Shown here: in pieces, positions 38,363-47,711 of the stretch
Position numbering within the stretch: the stretch's first letter is position 1
How the letters are laid out: the number at the start of each line of letters is the position of its first letter
NCBI GenBank assembly: GCA_965207065.1
Contig: OZ242260.1
Span: 4,320,001-4,384,000 of the forward strand
Length of the DNA: 64,000 nt
Reading direction: 5' to 3'
From: a bacterium
Lineage (GTDB): Bacteria; UBA8248
Notes under the pieces: generated by a model
Database searches by the model: none
Told to the model about the DNA's origin: nothing
Seen by the model: only the letters and a program-made list of their open reading frames with translations
Made by a program: the position numbers and the translations under genes

Positions 38363-41300
38363 ATGAAAACAGAATGTGGCGACACATCCGACGACGAACC
38401 TGGCGACCAAACCCGGAACAACACCACTTACCAAACACCACACCATCTGCGCATCACCCGGCGCGGCGGCCGTCTCAAGACGGCGCTGCTCGCGTTGCTC
38501 ACCATTTTCTTCTTCATGTCACCCGCCACGCCCGCCACGGCGGAGAAACAAGTCTGGTCCGGGACTCTGACCGCCAAGGAACTCCCCGGCGGCATCCTGG
38601 GCTGCAGCAACGACGTGCTGGCGGGCAGCAGGTGCTCCGAAAGCGCCGTTCTCACGGAGGACGAATTCACCGAAGGCGACGCCACCTACGCCGTTCATGC
38701 GGTCTTCGTCCGCAGCAACGGAAGACTCGAATTTTCCGTCCGGCCCATTCTTCCGGACAACCTGCGCTCGCTCGTCCTGTACGTCGGCGAGAAGACTTAC
38801 GACTTCGACAGCGCGGACATCGCCAACCATGGGTCGGGAACAAGCAGGTGGGCCTGGGACGGCTCCGCCCTCTCCTGGTCCGCGGGCGAAACCATTTCGC
38901 TCCGGCTGACGGACCCCACCTCTGCGTCGAGCGACGCGACCCTGAACACGCTGGGGATTAGCACAGGTTCTCTTAACGAGACGTTCGAGTCGACGACCAC
39001 GAGCTACACCGCCTCGGTGGAGAGCGGCGTCTCGCGAATCACGGTGACGCCGGCGGCGACCGACTCAAGCGCCACCATCTCCTGGCTCGATTCGAACGGC
39101 AGTCCGCTCGCCGACGCGGACGGGAGCACCGAGGGGTTTCAGGTCGATCTCTCGACTGGCGAAAAAGTCGTCAAGATCAAGGTGACCGCCGAGGATACCA
39201 CCACGACGCAGACCTATACGCTCACGATCGTGCGCCAGTCGGAACAAGGCGCAACGCCGACGGTCTCTATCGAGGCGGTGCACGCCAAGGCGGCGCCCAG
39301 GATCGCGCACCCCGAGTTCCGCGTGACGCGCTCTGCGTCTTCCGCCTCCCCCCTCACGGTCAACCTCTCGATAACCCAGGCGGCGAGTTATCTCTCGAAC
39401 ACTTCGCCGAGCGTCACCATTCCGGCGAACGAGACCTCGGCGACGGTGAAGCTCAGAAGCACTTACAGCGGCTCGACGAGCGGGGACATCACGGCGAGTA
39501 TCGCCGCGGGGACGGGCTACGAGGCGGCCGCCGCTCCCGACGACTCGGCGAACGTGGCGATGGTGGCGGCGGACCCGCTCCTCATCGTCAGCTGGGCGCA
39601 GAACGACTACAAGGTGAGAGAGGGCGAGAGCCTGGACGTCGCTATAAAGGCCACGACCGGCGCGAACGTGCCGCAGCCGAGGGAAACCCTAATTTATTCG
39701 GTGAGCGCCCGGGCGGATACAGCGGGAAGCCCCGACGACTATGCGGCGATTTCAGAAATACTGCGCGTCGAACCGGGCGACTATTCGGCGGACGGTAACA
39801 CCTTCTCGGCGACGAAGACGGTGACCGTGCAGACTGTTGCCGACGCCGAAGACGAGGGTGACGAGCAGTTTGGCGTTGTACTCGAAATATTGCCCGGTTC
39901 CCTGATTTCCCCGACCTGCCCCTGCCGCGCATCCGTCATCATCACAGAAGAAGATATCTCCGACGCGACCCTGAGCGCGCTTGCGATAAGCCCCGGTTCG
40001 CTCAACGAGGCGTTCGCGCCCGAGACAACGAGCTACACCGCCTCGGTGGAGAGCGGCGTCGCGCGGGTTACGGTGACGCCGACGACGAGCGACCCGGACG
40101 CGAGCATGGCGTTTTTCGCGTCGGACAATACGGCGCTTACCGACGCGGATACGAGCAGCCCGAACACCTTCGAGGTCGACCTTGCCACGGGCGAGAACGT
40201 CGTCAAGATCAAGGTGACCGCCGAGGATACCACCACGACGCAAACCTATACCCTGCGGGTGACCCGCATCGACGGTGGAATGCTGCGACTGGTGGACGGA
40301 AATACGCCCCATGAGGGCCGCCTCGAGTTATTCCACGGTGGCCAGTGGGGAACGATCTGCGACGACTATTGGACAGATAGCGACGCAGATGTTGCGTGCC
40401 GGCAACTCGGCTTCCCGGAGGGCTCGGTAGGCAACGGCGGTCGTTTCCTCCGGGCGCATTTCGGCGAGGGCGCCGGGCCGATCCATCTGGACGACTTGCT
40501 GTGCCGGGGCAACGAGACAAGCCTGATCGACTGTCCACGCGCGAACAACAATGCGGTGGGCGTCCACAACTGCCGCCACAGCGAGGACGTCGGGGTGCGG
40601 TGCTCGGTCGGCGGGCCGAGAATCTCAGGCGCGCCTTCCTTGAGCGCGCCTGATGCGAACGGGCGCTGGGGGTCGGGCGAGACGCTCGAAGTCACGGTGA
40701 CCTTCAGCATGGCAGTGGAGGTCGACACGACTCGCGGCGTACCGGGCGTCGGGGTACGGCTCGGAGATTCTACAGAGCGCCTCGCCACCTACGACCGGGG
40801 CGGCGGTACGATGGAGCTCGTGTTCGCCTATGCGCTTCGCCCGGATGACGGCGCGCATACGTCCGTGCACGTGAGCGGCGACAGCCTCGATCTCCGTGGC
40901 GGACAGATCCGAAGCGTGGCGTCCGGACGCGACGCGCTGCTCGACCACACAGGCGCGAGCCGCGCAGGAGTGGCGGGCGCTTCGCCCGCCCTCACCGCGG
41001 AGCTCAGGAACCTGCCGGATTCGCACAAGGGACGGGGGAACACGTTCAAATTCGAACTCCACTTCAGCGCCGAGATCCAGATGAACGCCGAGGCGGTGCG
41101 TGAACACCTGCAGCTGAGGAGAGCCCGTGTTTCCGAGGCGCAGAAGCTCTCGCCGCCGAGCAACACGGGCTGGGAAATAACGGTGTCACCCGATTCGTTC
41201 GACGACGTCGTCATCACGCTTCCCGCGACCGCCGACTGCACATCCCCGAACGCGGTTTGCACCCCTGACGGACAGAAACTCGAATCCGGCGTTTCGGCGT

Positions 41301-43087
41301 TGGTGCCGGGAGTTCCGGCGGTCTCGGTGTCCGATACGCAGGTGCAGGAAGGGCCGGGGGCCACACTCGACTTCCTGGTGACCGCCAGCCGGGCGCCTGA
41401 CCGGTTGGTGGCGGTGCGCTATCGCACGGTCGACGGGACGGCGCGGGCGGGGAGCGACTACACGGCGAGTTCGGGACACGTTTTCTTCCGTCCCGGGGTG
41501 ACGACGCGTACGGTGTCGATCCCGGTGCTCGACGACTCGCACGACGAAGGCAGCGAGACGATGCGCCTCGAGCTGTCTCAGGGGTCACATGCAGGCAGCC
41601 ATCGCTTGCGGATCGACGATGGCGAGGCGACGGGGACAATCACGAACACCGACCCGATGCCGAAGGCGTGGCTCGCGCGCTTCGGGCGCGAGGCGGCGGA
41701 GCACGTGACCGACGCGATTGCCGAGCGGCTGCGCGGCGCGCGCACGGGCGTTGTGCTGGGCGGGCAGAGCCTGGCGTTGGGCCGGGACCCTCTCCTCCCG
41801 GCGGACCCGAACGCCCGCCTCGCCTTGGGCGATTACGGAATCGGTAGAGATGGCGCAGGTAATGCTTTCGGCAGCCCAGGCGGCGTTTCGGGTGAGGACG
41901 CTGAAGCTAAGTGGCGCGAAATCGAGATGAGCGAGATGTTGCTCGCTAGTTCGTTCCACATGGCGTCCGCCGAGAAAATGGAGTCAGGACCACGCTGGTC
42001 GGTCTGGGGCCGGGGTGCGCGTTCGAACTTCCAGGGCGCAGAGGACAACCTCACGCTCGACGGCGAGGTGACGACGGCGACGCTGGGCGTGGACTATGAG
42101 CGCGACCGGTGGCTCGTCGGCGTGGCGCTTGCGCGAAGCGCGGGCGATGGTTCGTTCCGCACGAGCGGGGCGTGCACGACCGGCTGCGCGGGCGAGGTGG
42201 AGAGCACACTCATGGGCGTCTACCCCTACGCCCGCTACAGGGTGAGCGAGCGGCTCTCGCTCTGGGGCGCGCTCGGACAGGGGCAAGGCGATCTGACGCT
42301 CTCGCCAGAGGGCGCGCGGCACATCGAGACCGAGGTCGAGATGCGCATGGCGGCGGCGGGAGCGCGCGGCGTGCTCCTGCCCGCCTCCGTGACGGGCGGG
42401 TACGAACTCGCCCTGCGCGCGGACTTGCTCGTGACGCGGACGACCTCGGACGCGGCGGCTGGCCTCGCCGAGGCCGAAGCGGAGACAAGCCGCATCCGCG
42501 TGCTGCTCGAAGGCTCGCGCGCATTCAAGCTGGGAAGCGGTGTGCTCACGCCCTCGCTGGAAGTCGGCCTTCGCTACGACGGGGGCGACGCGGAGACGGG
42601 AAGCGGCCTCGAAGTCGGCGGCTCGATGCGCTATTCGTCAGGAAGCCTCTCGGTGGAGGTGAGCGCGAGCGGCCTCCTCGCCCACGCCGATAACGACTAT
42701 GAGGAATGGGGCGTGAGCGGCTCGGTGCTCTACGCGCCGGGCGCCGACGGGCGCGGGCTGTCCGTGCGCGTGGGCTCCGGCTGGGGAGCGGATTCGGGGA
42801 GCGCGGAGAACCTCTGGGCACAGCGATACGGCGGCATACCCACTGGCGTGTTCGACCCCGAAACGCGGCTCGACGCCGAGGTGGGCTACGGTTTCGACGC
42901 CAGGCGCGGCCTGCTCACGCCCTACGCGGGCGTGGCGATGTCGGATAGCGGAGAGATCTGGCGCGCGGGCGCGCGCTGGCGGATTGCGCACGCCTTCGAC
43001 GTGAGTTTGGAGGCCTCGCTCAAGGAGTCGGAATACGACGAAAAACCCGAAAGCGGCGTGCTGCTGCGCTGTTCGAGGCGGTGGTGA
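38363..43087 (+). CDS. Large autotransporter-like adhesin: two cadherin-like beta-sandwiches, Calx-beta-like domains, an SRCR domain and a C-terminal beta-barrel
   Basis: ATG at 38363 after GGAAGGGG, long signal peptide ending ATA. Repeats SDATL..L.IS.GSLNE.F...TTSYTASV...VKIKVTAED. SRCR at 40280-40606, Calx-beta motif TVDGTARAGSDY, barrel from WLARFGR (41669) ending RRW. Confidence 0.88.
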   Translation: MKTECGDTSDDEPGDQTRNNTTYQTPHHLRITRRGGRLKTALLALLTIFFFMSPATPATAEKQVWSGTLTAKELPGGILGCSNDVLAGSRCSESAVLTEDEFTEGDATYAVHAVFVRSNGRLEFSVRPILPDNLRSLVLYVGEKTYDFDSADIANHGSGTSRWAWDGSALSWSAGETISLRLTDPTSASSDATLNTLGISTGSLNETFESTTTSYTASVESGVSRITVTPAATDSSATISWLDSNGSPLADADGSTEGFQVDLSTGEKVVKIKVTAEDTTTTQTYTLTIVRQSEQGATPTVSIEAVHAKAAPRIAHPEFRVTRSASSASPLTVNLSITQAASYLSNTSPSVTIPANETSATVKLRSTYSGSTSGDITASIAAGTGYEAAAAPDDSANVAMVAADPLLIVSWAQNDYKVREGESLDVAIKATTGANVPQPRETLIYSVSARADTAGSPDDYAAISEILRVEPGDYSADGNTFSATKTVTVQTVADAEDEGDEQFGVVLEILPGSLISPTCPCRASVIITEEDISDATLSALAISPGSLNEAFAPETTSYTASVESGVARVTVTPTTSDPDASMAFFASDNTALTDADTSSPNTFEVDLATGENVVKIKVTAEDTTTTQTYTLRVTRIDGGMLRLVDGNTPHEGRLELFHGGQWGTICDDYWTDSDADVACRQLGFPEGSVGNGGRFLRAHFGEGAGPIHLDDLLCRGNETSLIDCPRANNNAVGVHNCRHSEDVGVRCSVGGPRISGAPSLSAPDANGRWGSGETLEVTVTFSMAVEVDTTRGVPGVGVRLGDSTERLATYDRGGGTMELVFAYALRPDDGAHTSVHVSGDSLDLRGGQIRSVASGRDALLDHTGASRAGVAGASPALTAELRNLPDSHKGRGNTFKFELHFSAEIQMNAEAVREHLQLRRARVSEAQKLSPPSNTGWEITVSPDSFDDVVITLPATADCTSPNAVCTPDGQKLESGVSALVPGVPAVSVSDTQVQEGPGATLDFLVTASRAPDRLVAVRYRTVDGTARAGSDYTASSGHVFFRPGVTTRTVSIPVLDDSHDEGSETMRLELSQGSHAGSHRLRIDDGEATGTITNTDPMPKAWLARFGREAAEHVTDAIAERLRGARTGVVLGGQSLALGRDPLLPADPNARLALGDYGIGRDGAGNAFGSPGGVSGEDAEAKWREIEMSEMLLASSFHMASAEKMESGPRWSVWGRGARSNFQGAEDNLTLDGEVTTATLGVDYERDRWLVGVALARSAGDGSFRTSGACTTGCAGEVESTLMGVYPYARYRVSERLSLWGALGQGQGDLTLSPEGARHIETEVEMRMAAAGARGVLLPASVTGGYELALRADLLVTRTTSDAAAGLAEAEAETSRIRVLLEGSRAFKLGSGVLTPSLEVGLRYDGGDAETGSGLEVGGSMRYSSGSLSVEVSASGLLAHADNDYEEWGVSGSVLYAPGADGRGLSVRVGSGWGADSGSAENLWAQRYGGIPTGVFDPETRLDAEVGYGFDARRGLLTPYAGVAMSDSGEIWRAGARWRIAHAFDVSLEASLKESEYDEKPESGVLLRCSRRW

Positions 43088-43113
43088 TCCATCCTTCGAG
43101 GGGGGGGCCGCAA

Positions 43114-43273
43114 GGACAGGTCGCGACCTGTCCCTACAAGAAATGCGGTTGGCCTGCCGCATCAGAGAGGACGCATCGGCCCTCCCCTGGAAAAATCTTC
43201 CGTCGTTCCCGAGATGCGGGGACAGGCCCCGGCCTCGAAGAAGCACGGACTGACTCCCCCTCAAGGGGGGAGT
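43114..43273. repeat. REP-like palindromes
   Basis: GGACAGGTCGCGACCTGTCC-CTAC (perfect palindrome with GTAG on the minus strand) at 43114-43137 and ACTCCCCC-TCAAG-GGGGGAGT at 43253-43273. Confidence 0.7.
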
Positions 43274-44002
43274 GAACTTCAAAAGCATCCGCGCAACTCA
43301 AAATCGCTTCCAGAGGGTTTTTCAGCAGCCCCTCCTCGCTCGCGTTTGACACGCATTTCCCCGCATTTGCCGTATCCCTGCATTTTCGGAGATTCGGTAT
43401 CGTGCGCGCGGCGCGGGGGAAAGCGAACCCTCCTTCATCAGTCGGGTTCGACCTCTCGCGTTGGTCGGGCAAACCCTCGCTCGGGTTCGACCCCAAGGGA
43501 AAAGAGGCTTACCCATGGAATCAGGCATTCGGGAGAAATTGAAGACGGTGATAACTGCATTCTTCGCCGGAGCGGCCCGTCCATCTTCAGAAGAACACGG
43601 GCAGCCTCGTTCGAACTCCCCCGCTTCGGGGATTTTCGATACCCTCTACAAAAGCGCACACCTGCTCTCCTTACTCCGGTTCGATAATCTCGAAGAGAGG
43701 AACTGCACGGATGGATTCGAGGAAGGCGCAGAAATGAAAATAATCATATTTCCCGTAAATATAGATAAATTCACGGGGTTTTTCGATAAATTCCTGAAAG
43801 GGATGCGCCCTGTAAATGATTGTATTCGAAAGAGTTACCATACAAATCTGAGCGATGAACATTCAGATACGGCGATAAAAATAGTTTCCGGGTTCCCCCG
43901 CATTTGCCCGCAACCGCCCGCATTTCCTCTTGCCCCACATTACGCCGCAAACCCTCCCTCCTCGGTCGGGTTTGACCCCCGCATTTGCCCGCAATTGCGC
44001 GC

Positions 44003-44788
44003 TTAAGCGTCGCCGCCTTCTATCTCTCCTTTGGGCGCGTCGTCCACGCTCGCCTCGATGAAGGGTCTGATCAGGTCGAGCGGCAAGGGGAAGACGATGG
44101 TGGAGTTGTTCTCGGTGGCGACTTCGGAAAGCGTCTGCAGGAAGCGAAGCTGGAGCGCGCCCGGGGCCGTGGCGATGGTGGTGGCGGCCTGGGCCAGCCG
44201 CTCGCTCGCCTGGTATTCGCCCTCCGCGTGAATGACCTTGGCGCGACGCTCACGCTCGGCCTCGGCCTGGCGGGCGATGGCGCGCTGCATCTCGTGGGGA
44301 AGGTCCACGTGCTTGAGCTCCACGTTGGTGACCTTGATGCCCCACGGGTCGGTGGCGTGATCGAGGAGTTCCTGGAGCTGGGAGTTGATCTTCTCGCGCT
44401 CGGAGAGCAGATCGTCCAAATCCATCTGGCCGAGCACGCTCCGGAGCGTCGTCTGGCTCAACTGGCCCGTGGCGTAGAGGAAATCCTCCACCTCGATGAT
44501 AGCGCGCTCGGGATTCAGTACGCGGAAGTAGACCACGGCGTTCACCTTCACCGACACGTTGTCCTTCGTGACGATATCCTGCGGCGGCACGTCCATCGTC
44601 ACCAGCCGCAAGCCTACGCGGGTCATGCGGTCGATCACCGGAAGCACGATGATGAGGCCGGGCCCTTTCGTGGAAAGGAAGCGCCCCAGCCGGAAGATGA
44701 CGCCGCGCTCGTATTCGTTCAGCACCCGGATGGCGCTCGCGAAGAACAACAAGATGATGATGGCGGCAATTATCAAGCTCCAATTCAT
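44003..44788 (-). CDS. Slipin / SPFH (band 7, stomatin-like) protein
   Basis: [59 protein letters not shown]. Confidence 0.94.
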   Translation of the reverse strand: MNWSLIIAAIIILLFFASAIRVLNEYERGVIFRLGRFLSTKGPGLIIVLPVIDRMTRVGLRLVTMDVPPQDIVTKDNVSVKVNAVVYFRVLNPERAIIEVEDFLYATGQLSQTTLRSVLGQMDLDDLLSEREKINSQLQELLDHATDPWGIKVTNVELKHVDLPHEMQRAIARQAEAERERRAKVIHAEGEYQASERLAQAATTIATAPGALQLRFLQTLSEVATENNSTIVFPLPLDLIRPFIEASVDDAPKGEIEGGDA

Positions 44789-46117
44789 TTATCCACCCTC
44801 CTTCTCGACGCGGAGCCTGAGGCCCTCCACCGAGACTACGCGGACTTTGTCCCCGATTTCCAGGGGTTCTCGAGAATCCGCCATCCATATCTCGCCGTGC
44901 ACCCGAACCTGGGCCGGCGATCCTACCCCGGGCGAAGCACTCACAATCCCGGACTGATCGAGCATTCCCTCCGAACCCGAAACCGGCCGCACCCGCTGGG
45001 CGCGGAAACCCATTCCCACGAGCCAGACGAAGAACATGGCCGTGGCGGCGACCGCGGGCAGAATCACTTTCAGGCTGATTTGCAGGTAGGGGTCCGGAGA
45101 ATCGATGAGCATGACCGAACCCAGCGTCATGGCGATGATGCCGCCGATGGTCAGACCCCCGTAGCTGACCACCTTTATCTCCAGGAGAAACATGATGAGG
45201 GCGAGCCCCATCAGGAGAAGCCCCACATAGTTCACCGGCAAGACTTTAAGGGCATAGAGCGCCAGAAGGAGGCTGATGGCCCCCACCACGCCGGGAAGAA
45301 TCGAGCCGGGATTCGAGAGCTCGAAAAACAGCCCATACATGCCCAGCAGCATCAGGATATAGGCGATGTTGGGATCGCTCAAAAGGGTGAGCACTTTCTG
45401 GCGCCAGCTGCGCTCGAGCACGATTTGCGCAGCGCCCCTGGTCGAGAGGGTGACGGTATCGCCGCTGGCGAGCTTTATCTTTTTCCCGTGAACCGCCAGA
45501 AGAAGGGAGCGCACGTCCGCCGCCACCAGGTCGATGACCTTTTGCTTCAGGGCCTCGGCCTCATCCACGGATATCGCCTCGCGGACCGCGCTCTCCGCCC
45601 ATTCGATGTTGCGACCGGTGCGGGAGGCCACCGCGCGCGCGAAAGCGGCCACGTCGTTCATCGCCTTTTTTCGCATATCGCCCTGAATCTGCTTTCCACC
45701 ACCCGAGACAGGAGAAGCGGCGCCGATGTTCGTGCCCGGCGCCATGGCGGCGATGTGGGCCGACATGGTGATGAACGTTCCCGCGGAGGCGGCCCGCGCC
45801 CCTCCCGGAGCGACGTATACAGCCACAGGGACATTCGCGCCGAAAATTTCCTTCACGATATCGCGCGTGCTGGTAACCAGACCGCCAGGGGTATCGAGAC
45901 GAATGACGAGAAGCTGCGCCTGCCTTCGTGTAGCTTCTTCGATGCCGAATGCGATGTATTCCGAAGTGCCGGGCGATATGGCGTCCGCCACGTCCAGCAC
46001 AATGACGGGAGGCGTTTTCTGGGCGGCAGTGGCATGGTAGATGGTCAGTATCGCACCGACAGCCACCAGAGCCAACAGAACCGCCAAATGGATTTTTTTG
46101 TAAAGCTTCCTCCGCAT
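44789..46117 (-). CDS. nfeD: NfeD family membrane-bound serine protease (ClpP class)
   Basis: LDTPGGL, ARAASAG, TNIGAASPV, membrane domain, C-terminal OB fold (VHGEIW). Canonical partner of slipin. Confidence 0.92.
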   Translation of the reverse strand: MRRKLYKKIHLAVLLALVAVGAILTIYHATAAQKTPPVIVLDVADAISPGTSEYIAFGIEEATRRQAQLLVIRLDTPGGLVTSTRDIVKEIFGANVPVAVYVAPGGARAASAGTFITMSAHIAAMAPGTNIGAASPVSGGGKQIQGDMRKKAMNDVAAFARAVASRTGRNIEWAESAVREAISVDEAEALKQKVIDLVAADVRSLLLAVHGKKIKLASGDTVTLSTRGAAQIVLERSWRQKVLTLLSDPNIAYILMLLGMYGLFFELSNPGSILPGVVGAISLLLALYALKVLPVNYVGLLLMGLALIMFLLEIKVVSYGGLTIGGIIAMTLGSVMLIDSPDPYLQISLKVILPAVAATAMFFVWLVGMGFRAQRVRPVSGSEGMLDQSGIVSASPGVGSPAQVRVHGEIWMADSREPLEIGDKVRVVSVEGLRLRVEKEGG

Positions 46118-46198
46118 TCCATACCTCAAAAGCAACTAGATCAATTAAGCTATCTTAACACAAAGGAGAATCTTTTATCGCCCGCCCGATCGAGTCCA

Positions 46199-47542
46199 TT
46201 ATTGTTGCACATCCAGTTCGAGCAACACCTCATCCAAGATGCCCACGGCCGTATCGACCTGCGCTTTATTGATAATCAGAGGAGGCAAAAACGCCAGGAC
46301 GTTCCCGTGGTGTCCTCCCGGATAGATGAGAAGACCTTTTTTCAAGGACATGTCACTCGCCTTCTTGGCGACGCTCAAGGGTTCGCGCGTCGCCCGGTCG
46401 GAAACCAACTCGGCCGCTATCATCAGCCCGCGCCCTCGAACCTCCCCGACGATGGAATGGCGCTCCGACAGCTCCTCCAGCCTTCTCAGGAAATACGAGC
46501 CCATCTCCAGGGAGCGTTCGGAGAGATTCTCCTCCTCATACACCTCGATGGAAGCCAGGCCGGCGGCGCATGCCATGACGTTTCCGGCATAGGTGCTGCT
46601 TTCGGTTCCGGGATTCGAAGCATCCGCGATTTCTTTTTTCGCGACGCAGGCGGCAAGAGGCAATCCGCCTGAAATCGATTTTCCCATCACGATCAGATCG
46701 GGCTCGATATCTTCATACTGGTAGGCGAACATCTTTCCCGTACGGCAAAACCCGCTCATCACTTCATCGATGATGAGCAGCACCCCGTACCGATCACAGA
46801 TATCGCGGAGCGCCTTCAAAAACCCGATGGGGGCCGGAATCATGCCGCCGTTTCCCTGAACCGGCTCGATGATGACGGCGGCCACATCGCCCCAGCCGCT
46901 CACCGGATTCTCAAGAAATTCATTGATGTAACGAATCGTCCCCTCTGTGCATTTCTCCGGACCATCACCAAAGGGGTTCCGATATGGGTATGGATATGGG
47001 ACGTGATGAATGCCCGGAACCAGGGTTCCCAGCCCCTCTCTTTGGTTCTTTCTTCCCATCAGGGCCACGGCCCCTAATGTCCTGCCGTGGAACGCGCCTG
47101 TAAATGCGACGATTTCATTGCGCCCTGTCGCCCGGCGGGCCATCTTGAGGGCGATCTCGGCCGCTTCGCTGCCCGAAGTACCGAGAATCATGCTCTTGGG
47201 AGTTGCGCCCGAATGCAGGGAGAGAACTTTTTCTAGAAATTCATTTCTTGTCCTCGAACCCAGCGACATGGCCTGATGGATCTGCTCCGCTTGTCTTTGC
47301 ATCGCCGAAACAACTTTGGGATGACAATGACCCGCGTTCAAGGATCCAAAACCGGAGACAAAATCCAGAAACAAATTGCCGTCAACGTCTTCGATCACCG
47401 CCCCTTGCGCACGCTCGACAACGACGGTTTCGGGGCTCATCCCGAAGCTGAGGGCAGCGCGGCTCTCCGCCTTCCTGAGACGTTCAAGTTCCTTACGGGT
47501 TTCGGGGCCGGGATGGGGAACCACAATTTTCGGCGCTTCCAA
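46199..47542 (-). CDS. Class III PLP aminotransferase (4-aminobutyrate aminotransferase-like)
   Basis: DVDGNLFLDF, SGSEA, FHGRT, EPVQGNGG, DEVMSGFCRTG, GKSISGG. TTG start at 47542 after GAGGAGG. Confidence 0.9.
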   Translation of the reverse strand: MEAPKIVVPHPGPETRKELERLRKAESRAALSFGMSPETVVVERAQGAVIEDVDGNLFLDFVSGFGSLNAGHCHPKVVSAMQRQAEQIHQAMSLGSRTRNEFLEKVLSLHSGATPKSMILGTSGSEAAEIALKMARRATGRNEIVAFTGAFHGRTLGAVALMGRKNQREGLGTLVPGIHHVPYPYPYRNPFGDGPEKCTEGTIRYINEFLENPVSGWGDVAAVIIEPVQGNGGMIPAPIGFLKALRDICDRYGVLLIIDEVMSGFCRTGKMFAYQYEDIEPDLIVMGKSISGGLPLAACVAKKEIADASNPGTESSTYAGNVMACAAGLASIEVYEEENLSERSLEMGSYFLRRLEELSERHSIVGEVRGRGLMIAAELVSDRATREPLSVAKKASDMSLKKGLLIYPGGHHGNVLAFLPPLIINKAQVDTAVGILDEVLLELDVQQ

Positions 47543-47711
47543 GAGAAACCCTCCTCGTCTTTCACTAACATATCCCTCATGTTTTGAAAAACATGGGGTC
47601 TGCGCGGCGCATTTCGTGCAAATGCGCTCTGGAGCGTGTCTTTCATCTTCGAATGTTATAAACTCTGGCGCAAATGCAAGCCACCCACATCCTACGGATA
47701 CCGAGGCGCCA

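Noticed and set aside
30850-43400. Accessory stretch as a prophage or ICE
   Set aside because: No integrase, transposase, phage structural or conjugation genes. It looks like piecemeal accretion.
43461-44006. 181-aa + strand ORF in the repeat-rich intergenic region
   Set aside because: No recognisable motifs, and it runs through non-coding repeats. Cannot be supported, though not fully excluded.
43985-46672. 895-aa + strand ORF
   Set aside because: Antisense shadow across slipin, nfeD and the aminotransferase.
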